A stretch of DNA of 64,000 bases, taken from the sequence record NC_070967.1. One strand, 5' to 3'. The notes beneath the pieces are model-generated. The model was not told where the DNA came from. It saw only the letters and a program-made list of their open reading frames with translations, and made no database searches. Both the position numbers and the translations under genes were made by a program. The stretch's first letter is position 1, and every line of letters starts with the position of its first letter. Positions 1 through 9,207 of the stretch are shown here, piece by piece.

Positions 1-53
1 GAGTCACTTCAATAGTTAGTAACGAGTTGATGCGTTTGAGTATTTGAATAAGT

Positions 54-95
54 GGCTCTAGGCGAATCATTGTGCCTAGAGCCTTCCTTTTTATT
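54..95 (+). terminator. Intrinsic terminator-like hairpin overlapping a copy of the bipartite motif
   Basis: GGCTCTAGGC (54-63) and GCCTAGAGCC (74-83) form a perfect 10-bp inverted repeat followed by TTCCTTTTTATT. Confidence 0.65.
62..88 (+). promoter_or_regulatory. Bipartite motif copy (GCGAA-N13-AGCCTTCCT), putative phage promoter
   Basis: Exact consensus 29 nt upstream of ATG 118; one of about 16 copies. Confidence 0.65.
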
Positions 96-117
96 AGAAT
101 AACATTGAAAGTTTAAA

Positions 118-636
118 ATGCAGTCTTTTGGATATACAATACTAGCTCTCGTAGTAATTCTTATTCTCTACAAGATCATCAGATCACTTATCGTTCATGA
201 GCAGAAAGCATCTGAATCAACCATTGACAATGGATACAATCTTCCGATCAAAGAAGCAGTTGATACGTCGATCAGTACGAGGACTACGACGTCTACTGCT
301 ATACGTCGTCAACCTGAGCATCGTAGACAGGAAGTCAAGTCTGAGAAACGTCAGTCATATGACAATGATACGGTTGCCACTTCATACGATGATAATTCGG
401 ATACTGTAACTGCTGCAGTTATCTCAACGATCCTCTCGATTGAATCCAACAATTCTAGCTCGTCTCATTCAGATCATTCAAGTAGCTCGTCGTCTTCTCA
501 CTCAGATACCTCGAGTAGTTGGTCGTCATCTCACTCGGATAGTTCATCTTCTCACTCATCGTCTTACGACTCAGGATCGTCCAGCTCATACGACTCTGGT
601 AGTAGCACGTCAGACTCTGGTGGTGGAGGATGGTAG
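118..636 (+). CDS. Membrane-anchored protein with Ser-rich low-complexity C-terminus
   Basis: N-terminal hydrophobic helix; SSSHSD/SSYDSG repeats ending in GGGGW. Confidence 0.75.
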   Translation: MQSFGYTILALVVILILYKIIRSLIVHEQKASESTIDNGYNLPIKEAVDTSISTRTTTSTAIRRQPEHRRQEVKSEKRQSYDNDTVATSYDDNSDTVTAAVISTILSIESNNSSSSHSDHSSSSSSSHSDTSSSWSSSHSDSSSSHSSSYDSGSSSSYDSGSSTSDSGGGGW

Positions 637-654
637 GCGAATTTATTTTAACGA

Positions 655-688
655 ATAGGTTCACTTGAGGTCGTTAAGGGATTCTTCT
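655..688 (+). promoter_or_regulatory. Second repeated intergenic motif (ATAGGTTCACTT-N9-AAGGGATTCTTCT), copy A
   Basis: Same 12+13 nt blocks and same spacing at 45829-45862. Confidence 0.5.
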
Positions 689-729
689 CTGAAGGGTCGG
701 GTGGTCCGTCCCTCCTAGGAGAATTTAAA

Positions 730-861
730 ATGAAACTCGCTGCTCTTGTTCTGCTTTCAGTTGGTCTCGGTTGGTACTTGATGGGTTCGACTCAGTCGGA
801 TGCAATCAATAAGTGCCTTCAGAAGTTCTCTGAATCGACGTGCATTAATCAATACCGTTAA
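730..861 (+). CDS. Small membrane or secreted protein (43 aa)
   Basis: AGGAG RBS, ATG 730, MKLAALVLLSVGLGWYL..., TAA 859-861; below the ORF-track cutoff. Confidence 0.6.
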   Translation: MKLAALVLLSVGLGWYLMGSTQSDAINKCLQKFSESTCINQYR

Positions 862-890
862 GTTCACTCCATCAAAAGAGGGGAATCAAG

Positions 891-1094
891 ATGGTAATGT
901 TCGGTGTATCGAAAGATCCCATCGTACGTAAAGGATTTGAGGTACTGGCTCATCAAGCTGGTACCTCAGCAGCAAGAGATAATGAGCAGAGGGTAGTACC
1001 TGATCCGTGGATAGGTTTTGAGGACCACTGGAAATCTGGATACGACTCCTTTGTTAAAGGAGTTATGAGTTACGACTTCCTTCGACGTACGTAA
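891..1094 (+). CDS. Hypothetical protein
   Basis: ORF fits the + strand gene packing. Confidence 0.55.
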   Translation: MVMFGVSKDPIVRKGFEVLAHQAGTSAARDNEQRVVPDPWIGFEDHWKSGYDSFVKGVMSYDFLRRT

Positions 1095-1105
1095 CTGGTG
1101 AATTG

Positions 1106-1147
1106 TCTGGGATACTTGCTTAGGTAGGTATCCCAGATTACTTGTTT
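1106..1147 (+). terminator. Intrinsic terminator-like hairpin
   Basis: TCTGGGATAC / GTATCCCAGA 10-bp stem followed by a T-rich run. Confidence 0.55.
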
Positions 1148-1225
1148 CTAGACTAACTCTGAGGATCGTAAGATCCGATGAGGGATGCATTATTATTACA
1201 CGGACCCCTCCCTTGGAGATTGTTA

Positions 1226-1507
1226 ATGACTAAGACATATGAGACTCGAGAGATTAGTCCAGGTCAATCTGTATCTGTTGACAAGGCTAAGTTTACATTC
1301 TACAAGGAATCAGGAAAGTATTACACAGAGGGTGAGGGTATTGCTCCATTGTACTCTCATTATGACAACTCTCGTGAAGCTCTCATGAAGTTGAATGGAG
1401 GTAAGATGCCAGGACTCAGTGGTCCAGGAAATGATTTCTATCTTGTAATCTATCCTCTCAATGACGAGAGCGATATTGTCCCACGTTTACTGAAACCAGG
1501 AGAGTAG
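1226..1507 (+). CDS. Hypothetical protein
   Basis: GGAG RBS before ATG 1226, which is preferred over 1178. Confidence 0.65.
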   Translation: MTKTYETREISPGQSVSVDKAKFTFYKESGKYYTEGEGIAPLYSHYDNSREALMKLNGGKMPGLSGPGNDFYLVIYPLNDESDIVPRLLKPGE

Positions 1508-1508
1508 T

Positions 1509-1805
1509 ATGAGTGACGTGCGTCTTCAGGAATTGGATGAGATAGTTGAAGTTTCTCGTCAATCGAACACTCTGGATATCACATATCCAGTTTCACATAT
1601 TCTGAGATACTATCATGAAGACTCAGATAAATATGATGTGGATCAGATGCTCGAGATCTTCAACAAATGGCTTGATAGTTATCTGCGCACTCATATAAAT
1701 TCTGAAATGCACATACTCTCGATTGATGCTATTCTTGTGAAATTCTTTGAAGATCACAAGGTAGAATTTCCATCGTACCTCATTTCTAACAAGGACCTTG
1801 ACTAG
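1509..1805 (+). CDS. Hypothetical protein
   Basis: Tightly packed ORF, GGAG upstream. Confidence 0.65.
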   Translation: MSDVRLQELDEIVEVSRQSNTLDITYPVSHILRYYHEDSDKYDVDQMLEIFNKWLDSYLRTHINSEMHILSIDAILVKFFEDHKVEFPSYLISNKDLD

Positions 1806-1806
1806 C

Positions 1807-2259
1807 ATGAGAGACTATAATCTTAGATATGATCAGGATGCACTGGTATCGGTAAAATTGAAGAAGGGTAACGATCGTAGAGATCGTAATTCTAGATCTC
1901 TTAAAGAACTGACTGGTAAGATTAAACTAGTCATTCCATCTGGTGCAGATGAGTACACTTATCTGAGATATAAAGGTTTAGTAAAGAGGCCTCGGAGGAA
2001 TACTAAGTCATTAAAATCTGCACCTAAGACATCGATACGATACGCTATTGTTACTAGAAATGGTAATACAATATGTAATCACACTCGACTGAGATCAACT
2101 AAAGAAGAAACTGAGCGACGAAAACGGATTCGTGAGTTAGCTAATCGAGCTCGTGAGATGTTTGATGACATGGACTGTGATGTGTTCGCAGATAATGTCT
2201 GGAAGCTACTCAATGGAGACGAATCAGGTAAGATGTACTTTGGAGTGAATGAACAATGA
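1807..2259 (+). CDS. Hypothetical basic protein
   Basis: Tightly packed ORF; ATGA overlap with the next gene. Confidence 0.6.
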   Translation: MRDYNLRYDQDALVSVKLKKGNDRRDRNSRSLKELTGKIKLVIPSGADEYTYLRYKGLVKRPRRNTKSLKSAPKTSIRYAIVTRNGNTICNHTRLRSTKEETERRKRIRELANRAREMFDDMDCDVFADNVWKLLNGDESGKMYFGVNEQ

Positions 2260-2693
2260 ACTGGTCAGATCTTACAATTGCATTTCAGTACATCGTTAGT
2301 AATGTACCAGAACCTATGGGCAAGTCTAGTGATGGGATTCTGAAAGTCGAGTTTGGTAATGAGAGTCTGTGGGATAAAGAATTCCACATCAAACCTCTAG
2401 TCTCAGTTGAACTCGGAGGTTATCAAATAGGTACCTGGAATAGACATACAGTTATCGGACCATTCGATACTGAAGAAGATGCTATGGAAGGTACACGTAA
2501 GAAGATTCTTGAAGCATTCGATATTGTTAATCAAGAAATTTTCGAACATCTTCGACCTGAGTACTATCATCTTGAGGATGATCAGATCCCTCGATGGAAC
2601 AATGAAGTTAGTAGATTCTCGGACTCAGAGAAGTCTAAGATGATGAGTCTTGAGAACGAATTTCTCTCTGTATTAAGCGATCGGAAGGCTTGA
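2256..2693 (+). CDS. Hypothetical protein
   Basis: ATGA overlap, 145 aa. Confidence 0.7.
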   Translation: MNWSDLTIAFQYIVSNVPEPMGKSSDGILKVEFGNESLWDKEFHIKPLVSVELGGYQIGTWNRHTVIGPFDTEEDAMEGTRKKILEAFDIVNQEIFEHLRPEYYHLEDDQIPRWNNEVSRFSDSEKSKMMSLENEFLSVLSDRKA

Positions 2694-2703
2694 TAGCCTT
2701 CCT
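2677..2703 (+). promoter_or_regulatory. Bipartite motif copy (GCGAT-N13-AGCCTTCCT)
   Basis: One mismatch in the upstream box; 29 nt before ATG 2733. Confidence 0.6.
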
Positions 2704-2732
2704 TTCTTGATAAGAATAATATAGAGATTATT

Positions 2733-3005
2733 ATGAATAATACTATATCTACCCAATTGATTTGGGAAGAAGTAGATGAGGACCAGTGGTTTCTTTACTA
2801 TAATCCTACTGATAATTCTTCTAAGATTTTCATCGGAGAAGTGTACTGGTCTATTTCAGGATCTATCAGATGGATTAATAAATTGACAGACTGGAGAGAT
2901 TCATCATCTTCAATCGAACAAGCACGAGATGACTTGTTCACTAGTTGTCTGGAAGAACTTAGTAGACTCGATAAGTCATATCAAAGGATAGAGTATGCCA
3001 ACTGA
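2733..3005 (+). CDS. Hypothetical protein
   Basis: ORF following a motif copy. Confidence 0.65.
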   Translation: MNNTISTQLIWEEVDEDQWFLYYNPTDNSSKIFIGEVYWSISGSIRWINKLTDWRDSSSSIEQARDDLFTSCLEELSRLDKSYQRIEYAN

Positions 3006-3423
3006 AATCGTAGATGGTAAAATTGATGGGATCGATATAAACGATCCTCATTTTACTCTAAAACATATGTATCGAATCATTCCAGAGAGTGAAGCTGGAC
3101 AAGGACATGTTGATCGTATGCTTGACTTCTTCGTTGAGCATCCATATATTCCTGAGCAAGATACATATACTAAATATGAATTTGCTAATATTCTGACTAA
3201 ACATGATCATCGACTAGAGATGACAGGATTTTACTTCAATCCTGATGAAGAATTTAGTAACCTGGAAGTCGAGGATGACGAAAAGGCTATTCTACAACCT
3301 TATGCACTGATGCTTGCATGCCTACAAGGTAATGCATTCCCTGACCTTATCGAACAATACATGAAGGAAGCTAAATGGTTTCTCATGTCTAACGGTTGGT
3401 GGGATAAAGTACGTCAGGCATAA
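2995..3423 (+). CDS. Hypothetical protein
   Basis: Overlapping packed ORF, 142 aa. Confidence 0.7.
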   Translation: MPTEIVDGKIDGIDINDPHFTLKHMYRIIPESEAGQGHVDRMLDFFVEHPYIPEQDTYTKYEFANILTKHDHRLEMTGFYFNPDEEFSNLEVEDDEKAILQPYALMLACLQGNAFPDLIEQYMKEAKWFLMSNGWWDKVRQA

Positions 3424-3438
3424 TCTGAAAGGATATGC

Positions 3439-3684
3439 ATGAGTATAGAATACTTTATCAAACTAGGGATCAATCTTACATTATCATTATCCTGTATAGG
3501 TATGCTGATAATTATGAGGCAGATTCTCCATAAGGAGAGTTTTACTCAGAAAAGATTGATCATGTTGTTCACGAGTATACTGATTGTAGTCATTCTGGCC
3601 ATGATCTGGACTGACTACTCATTTGTCGTCTACCGTTACTTGCATCCAGCTGAGAAATCAGACTTGATCCTTAACGGTAATTAA
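3439..3684 (+). CDS. Small two-helix membrane protein
   Basis: Two hydrophobic segments; AAGGA RBS. Confidence 0.65.
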   Translation: MSIEYFIKLGINLTLSLSCIGMLIIMRQILHKESFTQKRLIMLFTSILIVVILAMIWTDYSFVVYRYLHPAEKSDLILNGN

Positions 3685-3698
3685 TCACTCTAGAATCG

Positions 3699-3725
3699 GC
3701 GAACCTAACGTCGGATAGCCTTCCT
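3699..3725 (+). promoter_or_regulatory. Bipartite motif copy (GCGAA-N13-AGCCTTCCT)
   Basis: Exact consensus, intergenic. Confidence 0.65.
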
Positions 3726-3732
3726 TAATGTC

Positions 3733-3803
3733 AGACGTTCGATCGTCTTTCAGGTTGCCTTAGCCAGTATCTTAGTCTTCGGATTGAGATACTGGCTCTT
3801 TTT
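3733..3803 (+). ncRNA. Candidate sRNA of about 70 nt between the motif and a strong terminator
   Basis: No credible ORF; AGACG/CGTCT 5' hairpin, unpaired linker, then a terminator. Confidence 0.35.
3762..3803 (+). terminator. Strong intrinsic terminator with a cUUCGg loop
   Basis: AGCCAGTATCTTAGTC-TTCG-GATTGAGATACTGGCT, 16 bp with 2 G-U pairs, then CTTTTT. Confidence 0.8.
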
Positions 3804-3831
3804 CTGTTTCTACTGAAATTTGTGGTGTGAC

Positions 3832-4017
3832 ATGAGTATTAAAGATCGTGAGATGAAATCTCTGTGCAATCAACTCAAAACTCTGTTTTGTGGTGGTAAA
3901 GTAGATGATCTCACTCGATTAATAATTTCAAATGAACTAGCGATCTTCAATCGGAAGTATAAGAGTAATCTCACAATGGACATTTCCAATGATGGAATAT
4001 TGTTCGAGGAACGTTAA
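3832..4017 (+). CDS. Hypothetical protein
   Basis: TAATG overlap with the helicase gene. Confidence 0.5.
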   Translation: MSIKDREMKSLCNQLKTLFCGGKVDDLTRLIISNELAIFNRKYKSNLTMDISNDGILFEER

Positions 4018-6281
4018 TGTCAATTGTAGTCGTCAATGGTCAAGAATTTGAGACAGATAGTCTTGATTTTAGTGACAAGTCTAAAAGATTAAATTGGCAT
4101 ACGGATGAAGGTAAATTTATTCGTTCATTGAAGCAAGATATCTATCTAACTGCTAAGATGGTTGAATATTGTACCGATCATGTAGATAATTTGGCCACTG
4201 ATTACAAGTCACCGGACGGTCTCGGGTTCAAGTATGTCAAAGCCTCATTTATGGCTGAGCTACGTGATAAATCTAATAAAACACCTGAGAATTTCGTTAA
4301 TAACCTATTTATCCCGTATTATACTGTAATGATCAATGCGATCAAGGCACTATCTCAAGTTGTTGATACGGACGAGAAAGAGGATACATGGGTATGGACG
4401 TACAATGAGCAAGGTAAGATCATTTATGATTATTCACCTGAAGCTCTTCAACGTCGTAAAACATTCCTAGAGAATTTTGACAAGTCGATCCTACCTCTAG
4501 ACTACAAGAAGTTAGAGGAGATTTTTACTAAGCCTGAATACACGACAGAGACTAACAAACGAGTAGTCTGTTGGTCGTGTGGTTCTTATAAGACGACACT
4601 GATTCGTCAGTTTATCGTAAAGAACTGGCTTAAAGGCATATTGTATGCTTGTACAACGATCGAAGAAGTCGACATGTTGTCATACGATATCGCGTGCTTC
4701 ATAGGTGAGCAGAATGTATTCAAGCTCCACTCTCAGATCGATGAGAGTATCTATGATCAGTACCATAAGGACCCAGAGTTCCTATTCTCCAAGCCTGTCG
4801 TCGTGACGACGCATTACAGACTTATGATGGACCCTCCGACTATCTTCATCTCTCAGATTAATAAACCTGGAGGTCAAGATCCTCGTCGACAGTACGTCCT
4901 CATCGATGAGAAACCACAATTCTTTGATTCGATCAGTATTTCAAGTGATCAGATTAAGAATGTGATGAGTCTTGTTACTAGCATCGATGATCCTGATGCT
5001 CCAGATGAAGCATTTAGATCATTCAGAAATTCAGTGATGAATTCTACAGGACTTCAGAAGTCATTAAATCACAATTCTGTTGAGATCTTCAGTAAATCGA
5101 TTGTTAATAAGTCTACTCAGATGGTAACAACTTATACGACTCCGTCTGGTTCGATTAAAGAAGTACCTAATATTCATATGTTGAGAGCAGAATTCTCAAT
5201 TTATATGATTGTTAAGCAGATTCAGAAGAAATTGAAGCAGGATCCTCAGTATTATCCTAAGACTAAGGATAATGTGTTCTATTATAATCTTGGTGATCTT
5301 GGATTCAAGAATCTGATTATCTTTGATGGCACAGGTGATCTTATTCTAGGTTCTGAGGACCCTGACTGGAAGAATCCAGATTGGATGATTGTTAAGACTC
5401 CAGAGACTAGCTTTAGATTCAAGGGATCATTCAATGAGATCGAATGTGATATTCGCAGACGTCTCGTTGGTAATCAACTTGAGCATTACTCTCGTGAGTT
5501 TGATAAGATTATTCAGTATTTGATTGATCTCGCAGATAAGCATGAGAAGATCTTTGTAGTGTCATGGAAGGATCTTAAGAATGGAGAAGAAGATATATCT
5601 CCGAGTCCTATCCTGGAACATAATGTACTAGCTAAGCTAACAGATCAAAGGATTGTTCAAGCGACTGATGATCTAAATTCTTACATTAAGTATCGTATTC
5701 CTGTATCCATTCGTCACAAGTTCGACTTCACATATTACATGTCAGGTAGAACGAGAGGTACGAATCAATTCATGAATTGTGATGCTGCTGTTCTATTAGG
5801 TAGTTTTCATATTCCTAATAGTGTGATTGCTCGTATGAATGAGCAAAACAATGCTAAGATGACCAACAAGATGCACTCTATGGCAGAAGTCGTTCAAGCT
5901 ATCTATCGTACTAGAGCTCGAAAGATGAAGCCTGTCGATGTTTACTATACTTCTGATTGGAGTAAAGAATTTATCGTAGATGTGATGAAATATATCAATG
6001 CTACAGTTTCTGATGAGTTTAATGTTGACCTACAGACTTCAATGAGGTTATTCTCAATGACGTATGGAGTAAATATTACTCCGACGACAACTAAGTTGAT
6101 AAAACTGTTATCTTCTAGATATACAGATTTGACTTCAGGTAAAAGTGTTGAATTTAGAATACCTGATGGTGAAGATAGTAGAGAATACAAATCTGCTATC
6201 AAGAACTTATTGAATAAGGTGGATGAATTACGATTTGAAGATAAGAAGTATTCTCGATTCTTCAGCGTAGTACCCGTCTAA
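4017..6281 (+). CDS. SF2-like helicase/ATPase with a degenerate Walker A
   Basis: CGSYKTT (motif I-like), LIDEKP (motif II), GRTRGTN (motif V-like), VQAIYRTRAR (motif VI-like). Confidence 0.55.
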   Translation: MSIVVVNGQEFETDSLDFSDKSKRLNWHTDEGKFIRSLKQDIYLTAKMVEYCTDHVDNLATDYKSPDGLGFKYVKASFMAELRDKSNKTPENFVNNLFIPYYTVMINAIKALSQVVDTDEKEDTWVWTYNEQGKIIYDYSPEALQRRKTFLENFDKSILPLDYKKLEEIFTKPEYTTETNKRVVCWSCGSYKTTLIRQFIVKNWLKGILYACTTIEEVDMLSYDIACFIGEQNVFKLHSQIDESIYDQYHKDPEFLFSKPVVVTTHYRLMMDPPTIFISQINKPGGQDPRRQYVLIDEKPQFFDSISISSDQIKNVMSLVTSIDDPDAPDEAFRSFRNSVMNSTGLQKSLNHNSVEIFSKSIVNKSTQMVTTYTTPSGSIKEVPNIHMLRAEFSIYMIVKQIQKKLKQDPQYYPKTKDNVFYYNLGDLGFKNLIIFDGTGDLILGSEDPDWKNPDWMIVKTPETSFRFKGSFNEIECDIRRRLVGNQLEHYSREFDKIIQYLIDLADKHEKIFVVSWKDLKNGEEDISPSPILEHNVLAKLTDQRIVQATDDLNSYIKYRIPVSIRHKFDFTYYMSGRTRGTNQFMNCDAAVLLGSFHIPNSVIARMNEQNNAKMTNKMHSMAEVVQAIYRTRARKMKPVDVYYTSDWSKEFIVDVMKYINATVSDEFNVDLQTSMRLFSMTYGVNITPTTTKLIKLLSSRYTDLTSGKSVEFRIPDGEDSREYKSAIKNLLNKVDELRFEDKKYSRFFSVVPV

Positions 6282-6291
6282 GACCCTTCCC
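6265..6291 (+). promoter_or_regulatory. Variant bipartite motif (GCGTA-N13-ACCCTTCCC)
   Basis: Same 13-nt spacing, degenerate boxes. Confidence 0.4.
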
Positions 6292-6366
6292 GCTTAAGGA
6301 GGCTGAATATCCCGGTTTGTACTGGACCGGGGAATTGACCTTTCTTAAGTAACTTATAATAAGATA

Positions 6367-6915
6367 ATGATTTATATTCATAATAAGTCTTGTAGAGAAG
6401 ACATTTTGACGACCATTTTAGGGATGTCTTTACAATACTGTAAAGAGTCATCTAAGAAATTTTTAGATAGAATGGAATCTAGTGAAGAGATTATCAATAT
6501 TCATCTTCACAAGAGGTATCCAGATGGAGACTGTAAAATCTGTCCTGATATCGTTATTGAAACAGAGAGTACGGTTTATATTGGTGAAAGTAAATTAAAA
6601 TATGAACCTGATGCTCTGAATCAAGTCGAAGATTACGTGAGAAGACTTTCTTCCTTAGAAGAATTTTATTACAAGAATAAAATACCTCTTTTGATTATTC
6701 CAGATCGAAAGAATCTCAATGAGTGGATTTATCACTGTGAGGACAATTACTGTTTTGACATGGATAAACAAACTGATCGTAAGGGTAAACTACTTAAACG
6801 AATCGGTAACGACTATAACAGTCTATCGGACAAAATAACTATGGGATTCATTGATATTGAGCATATCGTCAATGGGTCACCGTATGATGCAATTCTAAGG
6901 GAAATGATGAAATGA
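6367..6915 (+). CDS. PD-(D/E)XK nuclease-like protein
   Basis: CPDIVIE...IGESK matches PD...ExK. Confidence 0.55.
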   Translation: MIYIHNKSCREDILTTILGMSLQYCKESSKKFLDRMESSEEIINIHLHKRYPDGDCKICPDIVIETESTVYIGESKLKYEPDALNQVEDYVRRLSSLEEFYYKNKIPLLIIPDRKNLNEWIYHCEDNYCFDMDKQTDRKGKLLKRIGNDYNSLSDKITMGFIDIEHIVNGSPYDAILREMMK

Positions 6916-7199
6916 AACTCACGAGGACTGAAGTTTATCAAATCAACGGTAAAGAGACAGCTCATATCGTAGCTAGTAAGTTTGCTATAGATGGATCACT
7001 CTTCAACAAGTTCTATCTTGAAGTCAATGACAAAGTGAGTGCTCCTAGATTGATTAGAGATTATATTGATACTCTACAATTGACAATCCCTGATAAGGTT
7101 GTCTATATTCTTAGCTTAGAGAAAACTGAAATTAGAACTACAGATTTCCGAAAGAAGAATAATGAGCAAGGTAGGAGACCTACTCCAAAATCTGAATGA
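6912..7199 (+). CDS. Hypothetical protein
   Basis: ATGA overlap. Confidence 0.55.
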   Translation: MKLTRTEVYQINGKETAHIVASKFAIDGSLFNKFYLEVNDKVSAPRLIRDYIDTLQLTIPDKVVYILSLEKTEIRTTDFRKKNNEQGRRPTPKSE

Positions 7200-7374
7200 T
7201 AAGTATGTAGCAAGTGATGAACTTAGACAATCTCGTCTAGACATTTGTAATACTTGTCCATTCAGTGTGATGAAGAAATTCACTATTGAATTGAATATAT
7301 GTAACAAATGTGGATGTGTCATTAGTCAAAAGACTAAGATCAAGTCCTCAGAGTGTCCAATTGGTAATTGGTGA
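7162..7374 (+). CDS. Small Cys-rich putative metal-binding protein
   Basis: CxxC...CxxCGC...CPxGxW pattern common in phage proteins. Confidence 0.65.
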   Translation: MSKVGDLLQNLNDKYVASDELRQSRLDICNTCPFSVMKKFTIELNICNKCGCVISQKTKIKSSECPIGNW

Positions 7375-7488
7375 TCATGTTAATGGAACGTTCCATGGAT
7401 GGAGGATCCACGATATACTATGGGAGACCAGAGATCGGACAACTGAGAGATCCTCAGAGTCCATTCATTTTAGATAAAAGTGTGAGTT

Positions 7489-7899
7489 ATGACAAAAGTA
7501 GCAATAGCAGGAGTCATCGTAAAAGATGGCAGAGAAATCCTTCTAGGTAAGAGAATTGGTGGTATCATCGATGGATTCTACGTATTACCTGGAGGTAAGC
7601 TTGAAGATGATGAAAGCTTACAAGAATGTCTGAAACGAGAAATTCTTGAAGAGACAAATCTCGAACTTAAGAATATCTCGACACACATTGCTTATCGTGA
7701 ACCAGACATTAAGGGATTCAGATTCCTTATGATCTACTTTAGAGCTGACGTAGTCGATGAATCACTACTTCAGAATACTGAGCCTGACAAGTGCGAAGGA
7801 TGGGGATGGTATGATATCCATGACCTTCCGACTCCATGTTGGGATCTCGATCCGATCAAACAATTCTATCCTTCAGCCATCATCAAGAGAGCTATCTAA
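7489..7899 (+). CDS. Nudix hydrolase (MutT/NUDT15-like)
   Basis: Nudix box GGKLEDDESLQECLKREILEET; EPDKCEGWGW. Confidence 0.9.
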   Translation: MTKVAIAGVIVKDGREILLGKRIGGIIDGFYVLPGGKLEDDESLQECLKREILEETNLELKNISTHIAYREPDIKGFRFLMIYFRADVVDESLLQNTEPDKCEGWGWYDIHDLPTPCWDLDPIKQFYPSAIIKRAI

Positions 7900-8111
7900 T
7901 GTCTGACAATTTCTTTGAGTATGCTAAGTCCCATAACAATAAAACTGTAATGACGATTAAGGATTTCAAAGGAAAGAAGTACTTAGATATCCGTGAGAAA
8001 TTCTTTGATGGTACCAATTGGCACTATACCAAGAAAGGTGTCAGTATTCCAATCGAGGAGATGGAACAACTGTCGAAGGATCTAGAGGAACTTAAGAGAA
8101 ACACAGCATGA
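7899..8111 (+). CDS. PC4/YdbC-like ssDNA-binding protein
   Basis: FKGKKYLDIRE...W..TKKGVSI signature; TAATG start at 7899. Confidence 0.8.
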   Translation: MSDNFFEYAKSHNNKTVMTIKDFKGKKYLDIREKFFDGTNWHYTKKGVSIPIEEMEQLSKDLEELKRNTA

Positions 8112-8350
8112 ATTACTTTACAGATATAAGCAGTGTCAGAGAAATGCTAGGTAAGCTAGCTGAAGCTCCTGATTCTCAGATTGATGATAAGTTTCGTAAG
8201 GAGCTATCTCATCTCGTTACAATTGAGACTCTAGGTTCACAAGATGTTAAGCGAGCATTAGACATGTGTGTACATTCGTCTCTCGCATCTGACTTTGTAG
8301 TCAATGTTCTAGATATTATCTACAAACAATTGAAGACGTGGAATGAGTGA
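8108..8350 (+). CDS. Hypothetical protein
   Basis: Packed ORF. Confidence 0.6.
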   Translation: MNYFTDISSVREMLGKLAEAPDSQIDDKFRKELSHLVTIETLGSQDVKRALDMCVHSSLASDFVVNVLDIIYKQLKTWNE

Positions 8351-8567
8351 AATCACTTTAGGTCAAGCTGATAAAATCCAACAGATCTGCAAGGATGTTC
8401 AAGTCGAAGGAGCTCACTTTATCTTTAGACTCGCTACTGCCCTTGCAGCAGATGTAGGTTATAGTTTATACCCTGAGTCAGATTATAACTACGGTGCAGA
8501 ATCTGATACGATTCGAAATCTTAGAAGTCTTGCTCAGTCTATGGGTTACAAATTGGAACCTCTTTAA
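8343..8567 (+). CDS. Hypothetical protein
   Basis: Packed ORF. Confidence 0.6.
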   Translation: MSEITLGQADKIQQICKDVQVEGAHFIFRLATALAADVGYSLYPESDYNYGAESDTIRNLRSLAQSMGYKLEPL

Positions 8568-8947
8568 TGGGTAAGATTAATAAATTAGATCGATTCAAAA
8601 TTGTTGAGTCGATCGCAGGCAAGAAGCCTGAGAGACAATACAAGAACTTCAGTCACTACATTTTGACTACCAGAGGAGAGTGCCAGAATTGTTATGGTGC
8701 AGGTAGAGTAGTGGCTCCAGGGGAGAGACCTGACGTTTATGAGGGACATAAAATGTCAAGGAGAATTAACTGTCCTAAGTGTGAAGGTACAGGTCGTGCT
8801 ACTAGTAAAATGCTGACCTCGTACTATGCTAAGACTGTTAGTAATTTTAATACGAGAATGCATAAGTGGAGGGAAGACAGAGCGAAGATCGAGAAAGCGA
8901 TTCTATCTCTATCTCGAGAAGATGCGAAAGTCTTAAAGCTGCTATGA
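8567..8947 (+). CDS. Protein with a DnaJ-type CxxCxGxG zinc finger
   Basis: CQNCYGAG and CPKCEGTG. Confidence 0.65.
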   Translation: MGKINKLDRFKIVESIAGKKPERQYKNFSHYILTTRGECQNCYGAGRVVAPGERPDVYEGHKMSRRINCPKCEGTGRATSKMLTSYYAKTVSNFNTRMHKWREDRAKIEKAILSLSREDAKVLKLL

Positions 8948-8964
8948 TTTAGCGGAATGTTTCA

Positions 8965-9207
8965 ATGAGTTTTATCAAGAAAATTGTTAGTTTTCTATTA
9001 AAGCTATTCTATCGAGACTACATTTTCCTTAGATATAAGCCTCTGAAGAATATCACTAGTTCAGAAGTATCGAGATGTATAGATTTGGTACCTATGACAA
9101 CAATCGACAATCCTCTTGATGAGGATGTCCGTATCAAGATTAGTCGAGCTCAGTACGATGAGCTTCCCTATGAGATTTCTAGACACTTTGAGGACTACTA
9201 TGGTTAA
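8965..9207 (+). CDS. Hypothetical protein
   Basis: Packed ORF. Confidence 0.55.
   Translation: MSFIKKIVSFLLKLFYRDYIFLRYKPLKNITSSEVSRCIDLVPMTTIDNPLDEDVRIKISRAQYDELPYEISRHFEDYYG

Noticed and set aside
1155-1215. GGATC-GTAA-GATCC hairpin followed by CCGATGA, resembling a hammerhead core
   Set aside because: No GAAA core segment or third stem with an NUH site
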